Source: Candidatus Bathyarchaeota archaeon | Lineage (GTDB): Archaea > Thermoproteota > Bathyarchaeia > Bathyarchaeales > Bathycorpusculaceae | Assembly: GCA_963775895.1 (NCBI GenBank) | Contig: CAVZKL010000009.1 | Coordinates: 40,844-104,843 of the forward strand | Direction of reading: 5' to 3' | Length of the DNA: 64,000 bases | Part shown: positions 1 through 10,656 of the stretch, in pieces | Layout: every line of letters starts with the position of its first letter | Numbering within the stretch: the stretch's first letter is position 1 | Position numbers and translations under genes: made by a program | The notes under the pieces: model-generated | What the model was told of the DNA's origin: nothing | The model's database searches: none | What the model saw: only the letters and a program-made list of their open reading frames with translations

Positions 1-81
1 CACGTATCTTGTCTATTACGACTTAATAAGTCTTGTCGTACGTCTGTTTTACACATCTACAGAAAAACCACGGTCACAAGC

Positions 82-1371
82 CTACAAAGTGAAGTCTCCA
101 AGATTCAACTGTTGAACTCTTTTGGAGACTATTTTGGTTTCAGAGTGTTTCTCTGCGAGCACTAGCTGCCCGTAGACTCCATCATAACCAGGGATGACTT
201 TGGCTTTCCGCTCGCGCACTCTCACGACGACGTCGGCAATCTCGTCGCCTGCAACCTCGCGCAACTGTTCTCGTGGAGCATCGATAACAACGGCATATTC
301 GTTGCCAAACTTTGCCACAAGCGAATTGTAGATACTCCACACCTTCTGAGTGTAGGGAGAGTCCGAACCCAAGACCGTTGCAATTATCTCCGAAAGAGGC
401 AACAAGCGCATGAAACCTATGGCTCCCTCAGGAGTGAAACCTTCGGGTCTGTCAGCCAACTCTTCGACCCGTTGTTCAACGCCTTTCGTAAGTTTCTTGC
501 GACACACTGGGCAGATGTTCGCAAACTTGGTCGCTTCCTTCGATGAAAGAGACACATTGCAATTTCTATGCCCAGTCCAATGATATTTCCCATAAGCCGG
601 GTCTGTTTCTATCGTGAATCTAAACCGTAAAGGATCCTTTAGCTTAATAGCTTCGGTAATCTGCTCATAGCTTGCCTTTTTCAATTCGAAGACGTTGGAC
701 TCCCGTCCCATACGCCACGGCCAGAAGCTGTGACTGTCACTGTTGGATACCAATGCGAATTTGTCAAGCTTACTAAGGCGCCAGTTCATCGGGGGGTCGG
801 AAGAGAGCCCTGTCTCTATAGCGTGAATGTGCTTGGTCATATCTTCGTAACATTCTTCAACACTTTCAAAACCGCTGAACGCACCGAAGATGCTGAACCA
901 TGGTGTCCAAGCATGAGCTGGAAAAATCATGTTAGCCGATGACGATTCCATGACCTCCTCAACTAGATTCGAAGCTGAAATGTTAAGCGTGGGCCTGCCG
1001 TCAATTCCCAAGTTTCCGTGCTTTGAAAGCCCATCGTTGATTTGTGCAGCAGCCTCGAGACTCGGCGAGAGTATGACATGGTGAACTTTCTTAACGTCGT
1101 TCTTGTGTTGGAAAATGGTGCAGACTTCAGTGGTTATCATGAAACGCACGGTTGGCGAGCTGTTATCTTTGAGTCTGTAAAGATGCGTATCCACATCTGG
1201 AACAAGGTTGTTGCGAAGCTCCTCAAACCATCGTGGGTGCGTGAAATCTCCTGTCCCCACAACGTTAAGACCCTTGATCTGTGCAAAACGTGCTATTTCT
1301 GAAACGCACATTCTTTCACTGGTCGCACGACTATAAGGGCCGTGAATGTGCAGATCAGCAATTACTCTCAA
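82..1371 (-). CDS. PHP-domain endonuclease Q family protein (TIGR00375-like)
   Basis: ADLHIH-x-x-YSRATS, GTGDFTHP, PAHAWTPW, ETGLSSDP, SNSDSHS and GKYHWTGHR..CPVC motifs; likely TTG start at 1371, with the upstream ORF extension probably non-coding. Confidence 0.85.
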   Translation of the reverse strand: MRVIADLHIHGPYSRATSERMCVSEIARFAQIKGLNVVGTGDFTHPRWFEELRNNLVPDVDTHLYRLKDNSSPTVRFMITTEVCTIFQHKNDVKKVHHVILSPSLEAAAQINDGLSKHGNLGIDGRPTLNISASNLVEEVMESSSANMIFPAHAWTPWFSIFGAFSGFESVEECYEDMTKHIHAIETGLSSDPPMNWRLSKLDKFALVSNSDSHSFWPWRMGRESNVFELKKASYEQITEAIKLKDPLRFRFTIETDPAYGKYHWTGHRNCNVSLSSKEATKFANICPVCRKKLTKGVEQRVEELADRPEGFTPEGAIGFMRLLPLSEIIATVLGSDSPYTQKVWSIYNSLVAKFGNEYAVVIDAPREQLREVAGDEIADVVVRVRERKAKVIPGYDGVYGQLVLAEKHSETKIVSKRVQQLNLGDFTL

Positions 1372-1697
1372 ATCATTCACCCATCCTACACTAGTCGTGT
1401 TTTCGTGAATACACGTTCCACGAGTTTTCCTGCATCTCCTTACAGTAGAATAGCGGTCATGAAAGTTATACGATTTGCGCGCAGAGAATGAAGAACAGCA
1501 GAATTCAATGAACCTACTTCCCTGAAAATACGCTCTAAGCCCTCGAATCCTACCAAGCAACTGCAATGCTAAGAAGCACGCGTCACGCCTCTCGGGTACC
1601 TCGTGAATCAGAACGTATACCAATTGAACCATGGTGGCATCAGACTTAAATCAAGCCCGCAACTAAGAACAACAAGATTCTTCCAAGAGGTTTAGGA

Positions 1698-2225
1698 TTG
1701 GCATCGAAAAAAGAGCCTATCTGGATAGCAAGAGAACTATCGAAATGTAGCGGATGCAGAAAATGCGAAATTGCATGCTCACTCTTCCATGAGAACCGAA
1801 TTTGGCCCACAGCTTCAAGAATAACAGTCTTCATGCTGGCTCCCGGGTTGGAGTTCCCACACTTCTGTGCGCAATGCGAAGATTATCCATGTGTTGGATC
1901 ATGCCCGACCAAAGCCCTCTCGATAAGCAAGAAAACAGGCGCCGTACTCGTCGACAACAAAAACTGCGTCGCCTGCGGCAAGTGCATAGTCGCCTGCCCT
2001 GGCAGAATCCCCCATATGCATCCTAGGGAGAAACACATCGTCATCTGCGATCTGTGCAATGGTGACCCACAATGCGTGAAAGCCTGCCGCGAAGGAAACT
2101 GGAACGTGCTCAAAACCGTCCCGAGAAACGAAGACGGCAACAAACTCTACGCAAGGAAGCCAGAAGAAATAGCCAGAGATCTGGGCGCCAAGATCTATGG
2201 AGACCAAGCGGAGGAATACTTGTGA
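1698..2225 (+). CDS. 4Fe-4S dicluster protein, probable electron-transfer subunit of the adjacent AOR
   Basis: Four Cys clusters (CSGCRKCEIAC, CAQCEDYPCVGSCP, CVACGKCIVACP, CDLC..PQCVKAC); stop lies 2 nt before the AOR start. Confidence 0.9.
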   Translation: MASKKEPIWIARELSKCSGCRKCEIACSLFHENRIWPTASRITVFMLAPGLEFPHFCAQCEDYPCVGSCPTKALSISKKTGAVLVDNKNCVACGKCIVACPGRIPHMHPREKHIVICDLCNGDPQCVKACREGNWNVLKTVPRNEDGNKLYARKPEEIARDLGAKIYGDQAEEYL

Positions 2226-2227
2226 TT

Positions 2228-4225
2228 ATGGGATATGCAGGCAAGTTTCTCGACGTTAATCTATCAACCCAAACCATCAGAGAAACAAAGTTCAGCGACG
2301 AGATACTCGAAGATTACGTTGGCGGCAGAGGCCTTGCCACAAAAATCCTCTGGGACAGAATTGGCAAAAAATGGGACAGAATAGACCCACTCGGACCCGA
2401 CAACCTTCTGTTATTTCTAACGGGACCGTTAACGGGATATTATCCGGGAGGGAGAACATGCGTTTCAGGCAAGTCGCCTCAGAGCAATGGAGTCGTAGGC
2501 TCCACCCTTTCTGGCGAATTCGGCGTCGAATTGAGATGCGCCGGATACGATGGTATAATCGTGAGCGGAGAATCGGCGAAACCCGTTTACTTGTTCATCA
2601 AGGATGCTGACGTTGAACTTCGAGACGCTAGCCACTTCTGGGGTAAAAATGGAAAACAAACAGTAGCAACGTTGACAAAAGAATGCAGAGGGCTTCTGAA
2701 AAAAAAGTATCCTCTGTTTGGCGAATGGAAAGAACCTGCAATGCTCTACACGGGGCCTGCTGGAGAGAAAAAAGTCAGAACTGCTGTTGTCATGACAAAA
2801 TGGTCCCATGCGGCAGGCTACGGGGGCTACGGCGCAGTAATGGGCACAAAAAAACTCAAAGCGGTGGTCGCAAGAGGAACTGGCCCGCTGCCAGAAGCGG
2901 CGGATATCCGCAGAGTTAAGAGATTAATCAGGATCATATGCAAGAACGTGTACAAATCGGAAATGTGGCGAAGATGGGGAACCGCAAGTGCAGGTTACGT
3001 CGTGGGAGCCAAACTGAGTTCAGAACCCGTTCGCAACTGGCAAGAAGAATGGCATGACGAAAAGAGCTTCGGTGTCGACAAGTTCGAAAACCGGCTCTGG
3101 GTCAAACAGTACTGGGGTGATTTCGGCTGTCCAACCACCTGTCTAAAACTCTCAGTCGTCAAGAATGGCAAGTACAAAGGAGCAATCACGGACAACCCGG
3201 ACTACGAGTTGCAGGCATACTTGGGGCCCAACTTGGGGATATTCACGCCTGAAGAGAACGTTTTTCTATCGTCACTGATCGATGATCTAGGACTCTGCGG
3301 CATACAAACAGGAAATGTAATGGCGTTTACTGCCGAACTGTTCCAAAAAGGAATTTTGACCAAAGAGGATCTGGGTGGCTTGGAGCCAAAATGGGGCGAT
3401 ACCGACGCTTTCGCTGAATTGGCAAAGAGAATAGCCACTCGAAAAGGAATAGGGGATGTATTGGCAGAAGGAACTTACCGTGCGGCACTGAAGATCGGAA
3501 AGATGAAGAAAAAGGATCTGCTTGCTTACGCGGTGCAAGCTAAAGGCATAGCAATCGGCGCTCACGGTATACGCAGCGGCAAAGATTATCCTGAAACAAT
3601 CTCATACGCATGCTCGGTGCAATGTGGGGATCACACCTCAACGACAGGACTGCCACTGGACAAGAACAGTGAACTAATCGAGATCTTCAACGATTCAGGA
3701 GTCTACTGCGACTTTAACTGCTTCTCGGTTCCGAAGAACGCAAGATTTGACCTCTACTCAGCCGTAACTGGCCTAAGATTGACTCTGAAAGAGTGGGTGA
3801 AAACCAAGGCGCGGAAGACTCTTCACCTTCAGAGAACCCTTCTTCTTCTAGGCGGTCCGGACACGAAATGGAACCCCACGATAGACGACGATAACCCTCC
3901 AAGGTTCTATGAACCCTTGCCTTCAGGTCCCTACAAAGGAAAAACAGCTGACAAAACCGCGATCGAAGAATACAAAAGCAGGTACTACAAAGCAGTCGAT
4001 TGGGACGAACACGGCATCCCAACTAGAAAAGCTCTAGAGAAACTTGGTTTGAAAGACGTAGATCTAGTACTGGAGAAAGTTCGAAAGAGCAGCCCAGTGA
4101 AGACTGCCCGAATTGAAAAAAGAAGAAAGGAACTGAAACTCAGATTATATGGAGTTCTTTTCCGATTTTCTCGAAAGCGTTTATGGCGAAATCGAGATCC
4201 TTCTTGGTTAACGCTGCGTTCATGA
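2228..4225 (+). CDS. Tungsten-dependent aldehyde:ferredoxin oxidoreductase family protein
   Basis: MGYAGKFLDVNLS start, GGRGLA, KSP, GAVMGTKKLKAV, DDLGLC, WDEHGIPT motifs; 3' end overlaps the convergent kbl gene. Confidence 0.9.
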   Translation: MGYAGKFLDVNLSTQTIRETKFSDEILEDYVGGRGLATKILWDRIGKKWDRIDPLGPDNLLLFLTGPLTGYYPGGRTCVSGKSPQSNGVVGSTLSGEFGVELRCAGYDGIIVSGESAKPVYLFIKDADVELRDASHFWGKNGKQTVATLTKECRGLLKKKYPLFGEWKEPAMLYTGPAGEKKVRTAVVMTKWSHAAGYGGYGAVMGTKKLKAVVARGTGPLPEAADIRRVKRLIRIICKNVYKSEMWRRWGTASAGYVVGAKLSSEPVRNWQEEWHDEKSFGVDKFENRLWVKQYWGDFGCPTTCLKLSVVKNGKYKGAITDNPDYELQAYLGPNLGIFTPEENVFLSSLIDDLGLCGIQTGNVMAFTAELFQKGILTKEDLGGLEPKWGDTDAFAELAKRIATRKGIGDVLAEGTYRAALKIGKMKKKDLLAYAVQAKGIAIGAHGIRSGKDYPETISYACSVQCGDHTSTTGLPLDKNSELIEIFNDSGVYCDFNCFSVPKNARFDLYSAVTGLRLTLKEWVKTKARKTLHLQRTLLLLGGPDTKWNPTIDDDNPPRFYEPLPSGPYKGKTADKTAIEEYKSRYYKAVDWDEHGIPTRKALEKLGLKDVDLVLEKVRKSSPVKTARIEKRRKELKLRLYGVLFRFSRKRLWRNRDPSWLTLRS

Positions 4226-5333
4226 TTGTCCGTATTCTGGCCTTGTCTCTTGCAACCATCGGGAAAACAATGGGCAATGCAAATATTCCCTCTTCGAAGA
4301 GTCGACTGCTCAGTCTCTTGGCTAGACCGCTTTCGCCAACGATGACCGGCGTGATTGGCGTTTCACTGTTTCCTATGTTGAAGCCCAGATCTTTCATAGC
4401 CTTCTTGAAACTCCTAGTGTTTTCCCAGAGTGTCCGCACATGCTGAGGCTCGCTTTCTAATACGTCCACTGCAGCTATGCATGCGGCTGCCACGGCTGGC
4501 GGATGTGATCCGCTGAGGAGCCACGTTCGTGACTTGTTGTAGGCGAAGTTGAAGAGGTCCTTTGACCCTGATACGTGTCCGCCTACTACGCCGAAGGCCT
4601 TTGAAAACGTGCCCATTTCCACTTGGACTTCGTCGCGACCGAGTTTGAAGTGCGAAACTATTCCTCTGCCGCCTTCACCCAGCACTCCTTCACCGTGAGC
4701 ATCATCGACGTAGACCATTGCGCCATGCTCGGCAGCGATTTTAGCGATCCGATCAAGCGGAGCGATGTCTCCGTCCATCGAGAATACGCCGTCGGTGATT
4801 ACCAGAATTCGCCTGTAGGGTGGTGAGTGCTTCTCTGCTTCGTCCAAGACGCGTGCCAGATCATTCGCGTCAGAGTGCTTGTAAACGGCCCTTTCGGCGT
4901 GCGCGAGCCGAACACCGTCAATTATGCTGCCGTGATTGAGTTCATCGCTGATTATCAAATCCTCTTTGCCAACTAGCTGTGGAATCAATCCAGCATTTGC
5001 CGCGAAACCCGTCTGATAAACAAGTGAGGCTTCGGCGTGCTTGAATTTTGCGAGGCGCTTCTCTAACTCGACGTGTAAGTCCATTGTTCCTGCGATAGGT
5101 CTTACCGATCCAGATCCTGCGCCGTGCGTTTGGACAGCCTTGAGCGCGGCTTCTTTAAGCTTGGGATGGTTGCTGAGTCCAAGATAGTTGTTGGAGCAGA
5201 ACATCAGAACTTTCTTTCCGTCAACAGTGCACCAAGGAGTGCTTGGACCTTGTAGAACTCGGATTTTCCAGTCAAGTTCGCTCTTCACCAGTGCTTCATA
5301 TTCTTCGCGCAGAAATCCTGTTGGGTTTCTCAT
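4140..5333 (-). CDS. kbl: Glycine C-acetyltransferase (2-amino-3-ketobutyrate CoA ligase), PLP class II
   Basis: SNNYLGL, SDELNHGSIIDG, TDGVFSMDGD, DDAHG, GTFSKA motifs; adjacent to threonine dehydrogenase. Confidence 0.85.
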   Translation of the reverse strand: MRNPTGFLREEYEALVKSELDWKIRVLQGPSTPWCTVDGKKVLMFCSNNYLGLSNHPKLKEAALKAVQTHGAGSGSVRPIAGTMDLHVELEKRLAKFKHAEASLVYQTGFAANAGLIPQLVGKEDLIISDELNHGSIIDGVRLAHAERAVYKHSDANDLARVLDEAEKHSPPYRRILVITDGVFSMDGDIAPLDRIAKIAAEHGAMVYVDDAHGEGVLGEGGRGIVSHFKLGRDEVQVEMGTFSKAFGVVGGHVSGSKDLFNFAYNKSRTWLLSGSHPPAVAAACIAAVDVLESEPQHVRTLWENTRSFKKAMKDLGFNIGNSETPITPVIVGESGLAKRLSSRLFEEGIFALPIVFPMVARDKARIRTIMNAALTKKDLDFAINAFEKIGKELHII

Positions 5334-5397
5334 GTTTGTCCTTCCGTTTTTGCTGTATTTTTTGTTCTCCTTCACTTAACTCTTTCTCGCTGAATTG

Positions 5398-6360
5398 CTA
5401 AAGTTTGCCATCAGCAAACTTTTTTGACAGTTTCTCTATCATGTCTTTGGTCATTCTGCGCAAGTCGTAGACGGGTTTGTGGCCCCAGTCTCGACGAGCG
5501 GTGCTGTCATCGATGGACATCGGCCACGAGTCAGCAATCTTCTGCCTGAAGTCGGGTTTGTAAGTACATTTGAACTCCGGAATGTGCTTTTTGATTTCTG
5601 CTGCCAATTCAGCCGCAGAAAAGCTCATTGCCGTTAGATTGTAGCTATCGTGACGTTTCACTTGTGAAGGGTCAGCTTCCATGAGGTCTATGGTCGCTTT
5701 GACGCAGTCGGGCATGTACATCATAGGCAAAACCGTGTCCTCACGCACGAAACACGTGTATTGCTTCTTTTTTATTGCCTCATAGAATATTCCCACCGCG
5801 TAGTCCGTGGTTCCCCCTCCCGGAGGGGTCTCACTGCTTATTATGCCTGGGTAACGCAGTCCTCTAACGTCTAGGCCAAACTTCGCGAAGTAGTAATTGC
5901 AGAGAAGTTCTCCTGCAACTTTGGCCACTCCGTAAATTGTTGTGGGGATCAACACCGTCTCTTGGGGCGTATTAACTCGAGGCGCAGTTGGCCCAAAGAC
6001 GGCGATTGAACTCGGCCAGAAAACTCGCGTCAACCTCTGTTCTCTCGCAGTCTCCAAAATGTTGTAGAGGCTGCCCATGTTCACGTTCCAAGCGAGTTGC
6101 GGGTCTTGTTCTCCGGTTGCAGAAAGAATGCCGGCCAAATGGTAGATTGTGTCTACGTCGTATTTCTCAACCGCTTCTTTGACTTTTTCTTTTTGACTGG
6201 TATCGATGACTTCGAAGGGGCCTGAATTCATCAGCGCGTCAGTCGGTTTCCTCTTGTGACCTGCCGCAATAACGTTCTCGTTGCCGTATTTCTTTCTCAA
6301 AGCAGGGGTGAGTTCTGAACCTATCTGGCCAGTGGCGCCCGTCACGAGAAGCTTTTTCAT
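5398..6360 (-). CDS. tdh: SDR-type L-threonine 3-dehydrogenase (NAD-dependent epimerase/dehydratase family)
   Basis: TGATGQIG, LSATGE, YGVAK, PGGGTTDYAV, ADSWP motifs typical of SDR-type TDH; operon with kbl. Confidence 0.85.
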   Translation of the reverse strand: MKKLLVTGATGQIGSELTPALRKKYGNENVIAAGHKRKPTDALMNSGPFEVIDTSQKEKVKEAVEKYDVDTIYHLAGILSATGEQDPQLAWNVNMGSLYNILETAREQRLTRVFWPSSIAVFGPTAPRVNTPQETVLIPTTIYGVAKVAGELLCNYYFAKFGLDVRGLRYPGIISSETPPGGGTTDYAVGIFYEAIKKKQYTCFVREDTVLPMMYMPDCVKATIDLMEADPSQVKRHDSYNLTAMSFSAAELAAEIKKHIPEFKCTYKPDFRQKIADSWPMSIDDSTARRDWGHKPVYDLRRMTKDMIEKLSKKFADGKL

Positions 6361-6533
6361 GTTCCGCCTGACCATCTGACGTTCTCCTTTTGTGAGCAAC
6401 GGTCTAAGATTTCTAGATATAAGAGTTTTCAGACCAAACAGGCTTTTCCACTATTCTTGAACGGCTTAGTCAACCTCACCATTTACCCAGAATATTCCTG
6501 AATGATAAACGGTTTATACCCGCTCTTCTTCAT

Positions 6534-7667
6534 TTGAAGATGACTGAAATGCTTCTAGGTTTCATCGTTAATCCAATAGCAGGAATGGGAGGTAAAGTGG
6601 GACTCAAAGGAACAGATGACGTGCTGAACGAAGCAATATCCAAAGGAGCAACGCCCATAGCGCCAGCCAGAGCCATCGAGTTCCTTGAGAAGCTGAAAAA
6701 GAATCTGAACGGAGAGTCCATTGAAGTCATCACCTGCCCCGGCATAATGGGTGAAAACGAAGCGAGAACTGCGGGCTTCAAGGTCAAAATCCTTCCTATG
6801 AAAATCAGAGAAAGAACCACAGCGAGGGACACGAAAACCGCGGTTGACCGTTTAATAACCTCAGAAGCGGACTTGATAGTGTTCGTCGGCGGAGACGGAA
6901 CAGCGAAAGACATCTTCGACGCGATGCAAAGGCGTCGCCAAACACCCGTGCTCGGCGTACCTTCCGGGGTGAAAATGTACAGCGGCATCTTTGCAGTCAA
7001 CCCCACGGACGCAGTGGAAGTGGTCCTAGCCTATGCACAGGGGCGTGCAAAACCAACGGACTTGGAAATAATGGATTCTGACGAGAAAGCAATACGGGAC
7101 GATGTCTTCGCCGTGAAACTTCACGGCTTCTTGAAAGCGCCGTTTCTTCCGGCGCACATTCAAGGGAGCAAAGAGGTGAGTCCCGACACTGACGACGAAG
7201 CTGACAATCAGAAGGCAATCGCTAAATTCATAATGGAGGAATTGCCTCGTCGAGCGACTTTGATTCTCGGTCCTGGAACCACCGTAAAACATGTTGCAGA
7301 AATGTTAGGAGTCAAGAAAACGGTTTTAGGAGTTGACGTCTATCAAAACGGACAAGTTGCTCTTGACGTTGACGAAAAGGAGATTCTGAACCTGATCAAG
7401 AGTTGGGAAAACACTTGGATTGTTCTTTCGCCGATCGGACACCAGGGTATACTGTTGGGAAGAGGAAACCAGCAGATAAGCCCCAGCATAATTGAGAAAG
7501 TCGGAAAAGCCCGAATCATCGTTGCGGCAACGAAAAGCAAACTGCAGAATATTGAAGGCAAAGTCTTGCGGGTTGACACAGGCGATGGTGAGACGGACAA
7601 AATGCTCAGAGGCTACGTCAGAGTGGTCACCGATTACAGAGAATGGAGATTGATGCAAATTCTTTAG
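6534..7667 (+). CDS. ATP-NAD kinase family protein
   Basis: GFIVNPIAGMGG, GGDGTAKD, GVKMYSG, LGRGNQQ, VDTGD motifs. Confidence 0.85.
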   Translation: MKMTEMLLGFIVNPIAGMGGKVGLKGTDDVLNEAISKGATPIAPARAIEFLEKLKKNLNGESIEVITCPGIMGENEARTAGFKVKILPMKIRERTTARDTKTAVDRLITSEADLIVFVGGDGTAKDIFDAMQRRRQTPVLGVPSGVKMYSGIFAVNPTDAVEVVLAYAQGRAKPTDLEIMDSDEKAIRDDVFAVKLHGFLKAPFLPAHIQGSKEVSPDTDDEADNQKAIAKFIMEELPRRATLILGPGTTVKHVAEMLGVKKTVLGVDVYQNGQVALDVDEKEILNLIKSWENTWIVLSPIGHQGILLGRGNQQISPSIIEKVGKARIIVAATKSKLQNIEGKVLRVDTGDGETDKMLRGYVRVVTDYREWRLMQIL

Positions 7668-7677
7668 CGCGTTTGTG

Positions 7678-8925
7678 TTAGGATCCAAACTTCTTGGTTT
7701 TACCGATGAAACTCATCATAATCGACATAAGGTCAATGCCTCTTATTCTGTTCAATCCGCCCATTGCGCACGTTCTTTCACCGAATTCGGTCACATCATC
7801 ACGGCGGACGTCTAGCCCCATTATCGCCACGGGAACGGGATCACCCTCATGATTTCTCGTCCGCAAGGAGGTGGTGTGATCAGCAGTGACTGCGAGATAC
7901 GTGGACGTCATGTCGGCGTGATCGATAATGTAGCTGAGCATCTCGTCAACGTGCTCTGTCGCATCTATTTTCAAGTGGGCGTTCCCGTCGTGACTAGCAA
8001 CATCAGTCGCCTTCACGTGAACCAATACAAAATCGTTTGACTTCAATGCACGTACAGCAGCTTTTGCCTTTGCTTGGTAATCAGTTTCCAGGGTTCCGGT
8101 GGCACCCTTAACGTCGATCAATTTCATTCCTGCGACTCTGCAAACTCCTCTTATTAGGGAAACCCCGGCGATGCATGCAGATTTGATGCCGAACTTTTCT
8201 TGAAGCAAAGGTATTTGCGGAACAGTGCCAGCGCTTCTGCACAGAATGATGTTAGCTTCTGGGAGTCCGCGTCGGGCCCTCGCCTTGTTGACTGGGTCCT
8301 CTGTCAAGACTTCGTGGAACTTGTCCATGAGCGCGTTAACGATAGCCGCTGTCCGTTGAGCCTCCTTGGTTCCGTCCAGAACCTTTATTTCCAAAACTTT
8401 CTTCCCAGCGGATTCTGGGTCAGAGTCGCTCACTGCGGTAGACAGTTTGGGCCCATGGATGATGAGGGCTGCTCGATGTTGAACAGCGTTTTTGAACGTG
8501 AACTTGACGTCTGGATATTTAACGAGTTTGACCTTCTGAAGTTTCGCCGAAAGTAGCGAAGCATCTTCGTTAGCGATTCTTCCTGCTCGTCTATCTAAGA
8601 CAACTAGGTCTTTATCGACGGTCGCAAAATTGCACCTGAAAGCAACGTCTCCGGAAAGAACCTCAAGACCCATGCCCAGTGCTTCGAGCGCGCCTCTCCC
8701 CCTGTAAACCTTTGACGGGTCGTATCCAAGCATTGCGAGCGTCGCAGTATCGCTTCCTGGTGGGATGCCTGGAGCAATCGGATCGATTATGCCGCAGATG
8801 CCGTTTGCAGCTATTCGGTTCATTGCAGGCTTTTTAGCCACTTCCAGAGGCGTCTTCCAACCCAATTCTTTCAAGGGCCTATCCGCCATTCCGTCAGCGA
8901 TAAGTAAGATTGCTTTGGGACCCAT
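7678..8925 (-). CDS. apgM: 2,3-bisphosphoglycerate-independent phosphoglycerate mutase
   Basis: DGMADRP, PGSDTA, GRGALEA, DRRAGRI, DVASHDG, TADHTT motifs. Confidence 0.92.
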   Translation of the reverse strand: MGPKAILLIADGMADRPLKELGWKTPLEVAKKPAMNRIAANGICGIIDPIAPGIPPGSDTATLAMLGYDPSKVYRGRGALEALGMGLEVLSGDVAFRCNFATVDKDLVVLDRRAGRIANEDASLLSAKLQKVKLVKYPDVKFTFKNAVQHRAALIIHGPKLSTAVSDSDPESAGKKVLEIKVLDGTKEAQRTAAIVNALMDKFHEVLTEDPVNKARARRGLPEANIILCRSAGTVPQIPLLQEKFGIKSACIAGVSLIRGVCRVAGMKLIDVKGATGTLETDYQAKAKAAVRALKSNDFVLVHVKATDVASHDGNAHLKIDATEHVDEMLSYIIDHADMTSTYLAVTADHTTSLRTRNHEGDPVPVAIMGLDVRRDDVTEFGERTCAMGGLNRIRGIDLMSIMMSFIGKTKKFGS

Positions 8926-9172
8926 TCTGAGTTCATTCCTCTTTGTTGAAAACTAGTGTTGAATTTGCTGCGTTGAGATTAAAGCGTTTGCGCATGTGGC
9001 TCCATGCTCCGGGAGAAAATGTTTAATAGTTTCTTCGTCGATGTGGTTGCAAGTGGTCAAAATGGGCGATTGCGTTCCACATCGCTGAATTCTGTGAAAA
9101 CGCAGCCCATTCTATGAAAAAATCCACGGAAAAACTATATTCTACCTCTAGAAAACAAAGGGAGAGATCTTA

Positions 9173-10636
9173 ATGGCAAGAACAACAAGAACGGATGAAA
9201 AAGTGATCTCGAGAGAAAAATGGAGCAAACATTTCGGCAAATGGTTTAGAAAAGTTTTGATTGAAGGAAAAATCTTCGATTACAGGTATCCGATTAAAGG
9301 ACTGGGAGTCTGGCTTCCTTACGGGTTCAAAATACGTGAAAGCGTTTTCAGGGTGATTCGAAATCAGCTGGACTCGACAGGACACGGTGAAGCCTTGTTT
9401 CCACTTCTAATCCCAGAAGCATCCTTGCAGAAAGAAGCTGAACACGTTGAAGGATTTGAAGCTCAGGTCTTCTGGGTGACCCAAGGCGGACAAGCGCAGC
9501 TAAAATCGCGACTGGCCCTAAGGCCGACGAGTGAAACCATCATAGGTCCTATGCAGCATTTGTGGATACGCTCATACACCGATCTGCCGTTGAAGCTCTA
9601 CCAAATAGTGACTGTTTTCAGGTACGAGACAAAAGCAACCAGACCGATTCTGAGGATGCGAGAGTTCGATTTCAAAGAGGCGCATACTGCACATGCTACA
9701 GAAGACGAGGCTGAAGCAGAAGTTAGAGAAGAAATCGACAACTACAAGAAAATCTTTGACAAACTGTGCGTGGCCTACTACATCTCAAGAAGACCCGAAT
9801 GGGACAAATTTGCTGGCGCAAAATACACGACTGCCTTCGACATGATTTGCCCAGACGGCAGAACGCTGCAAATAGGCACGGTGCACAACCTCGGTCAACA
9901 CTTCTCAAAAGCATTCGACGTCTCATACGAAACAAAAGACGGCGGCAGAGAATACGTGTGGCAGACATGCGCCGGCATTTCAGGAAGAGGAATAGCATCA
10001 GTACTGATCATGCATGGCGACGACCATGGAGTGACATTACCGCCTGAGATCGCGCCAATCCAGATCATAATTATCCCAATTCCGTACAAGGGAAAAACAG
10101 AACTCGTGAACAAAGAATGCCAGAAAGCCGCACATGAACTGGAACAGAAAGGGTTCAGAGTGGAAGTTGACCTCAGAGAAGACATCACACCGGGCTCAAA
10201 ATACTTTGACTGGGAACTGAGAGGAGTGCCAATTCGGGTTGAGATAGGCCCGCGAGACATCGAAAGAAACGAGGTCACAATCGTCAGAAGAGACAACCTT
10301 ACAAAACAAATCTGCAAGCGAAATGAACTGCCAGAACTCGTCAACAGCATCGCGAACGTCATGACTGATGACCTGAGACAAAGAGCGTGGGAGTGGACGA
10401 ATCGACACTTTCACCGAGCTAAAACTCTCGAAGAAACAAAAGGACTCCTTGAAAAACATGCTGGAATCGTTGAAGTACCTTGGTGTGGAAAAGCAGAGTG
10501 TGGCCACAAACTCGAAGAAACTGCCAACGCCCGAGTGTTAGGCACTCCGGAAGATGCAGAACAAGAAACAAAGGGAACGTGCGTAGTCTGTGGTGAAAAA
10601 ACTGAAACCGTGGTCAGGACAGCAATCGCTTACTAA
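9173..10636 (+). CDS. proS: Proline--tRNA ligase (archaeal/eukaryotic type)
   Basis: [24 protein letters not shown] motifs, anticodon-binding domain, C-terminal Zn site ending in AY. Confidence 0.95.
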   Translation: MARTTRTDEKVISREKWSKHFGKWFRKVLIEGKIFDYRYPIKGLGVWLPYGFKIRESVFRVIRNQLDSTGHGEALFPLLIPEASLQKEAEHVEGFEAQVFWVTQGGQAQLKSRLALRPTSETIIGPMQHLWIRSYTDLPLKLYQIVTVFRYETKATRPILRMREFDFKEAHTAHATEDEAEAEVREEIDNYKKIFDKLCVAYYISRRPEWDKFAGAKYTTAFDMICPDGRTLQIGTVHNLGQHFSKAFDVSYETKDGGREYVWQTCAGISGRGIASVLIMHGDDHGVTLPPEIAPIQIIIIPIPYKGKTELVNKECQKAAHELEQKGFRVEVDLREDITPGSKYFDWELRGVPIRVEIGPRDIERNEVTIVRRDNLTKQICKRNELPELVNSIANVMTDDLRQRAWEWTNRHFHRAKTLEETKGLLEKHAGIVEVPWCGKAECGHKLEETANARVLGTPEDAEQETKGTCVVCGEKTETVVRTAIAY

Positions 10637-10656
10637 CGTGAAGGATGCGCGCTTCG

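Noticed and set aside
1372-1632. N-terminal 86-aa extension of the first ORF
   Set aside because: Family similarity starts at LRVIADLHIH (TTG at 1371); the extension looks like intergenic sequence that happens to be open.
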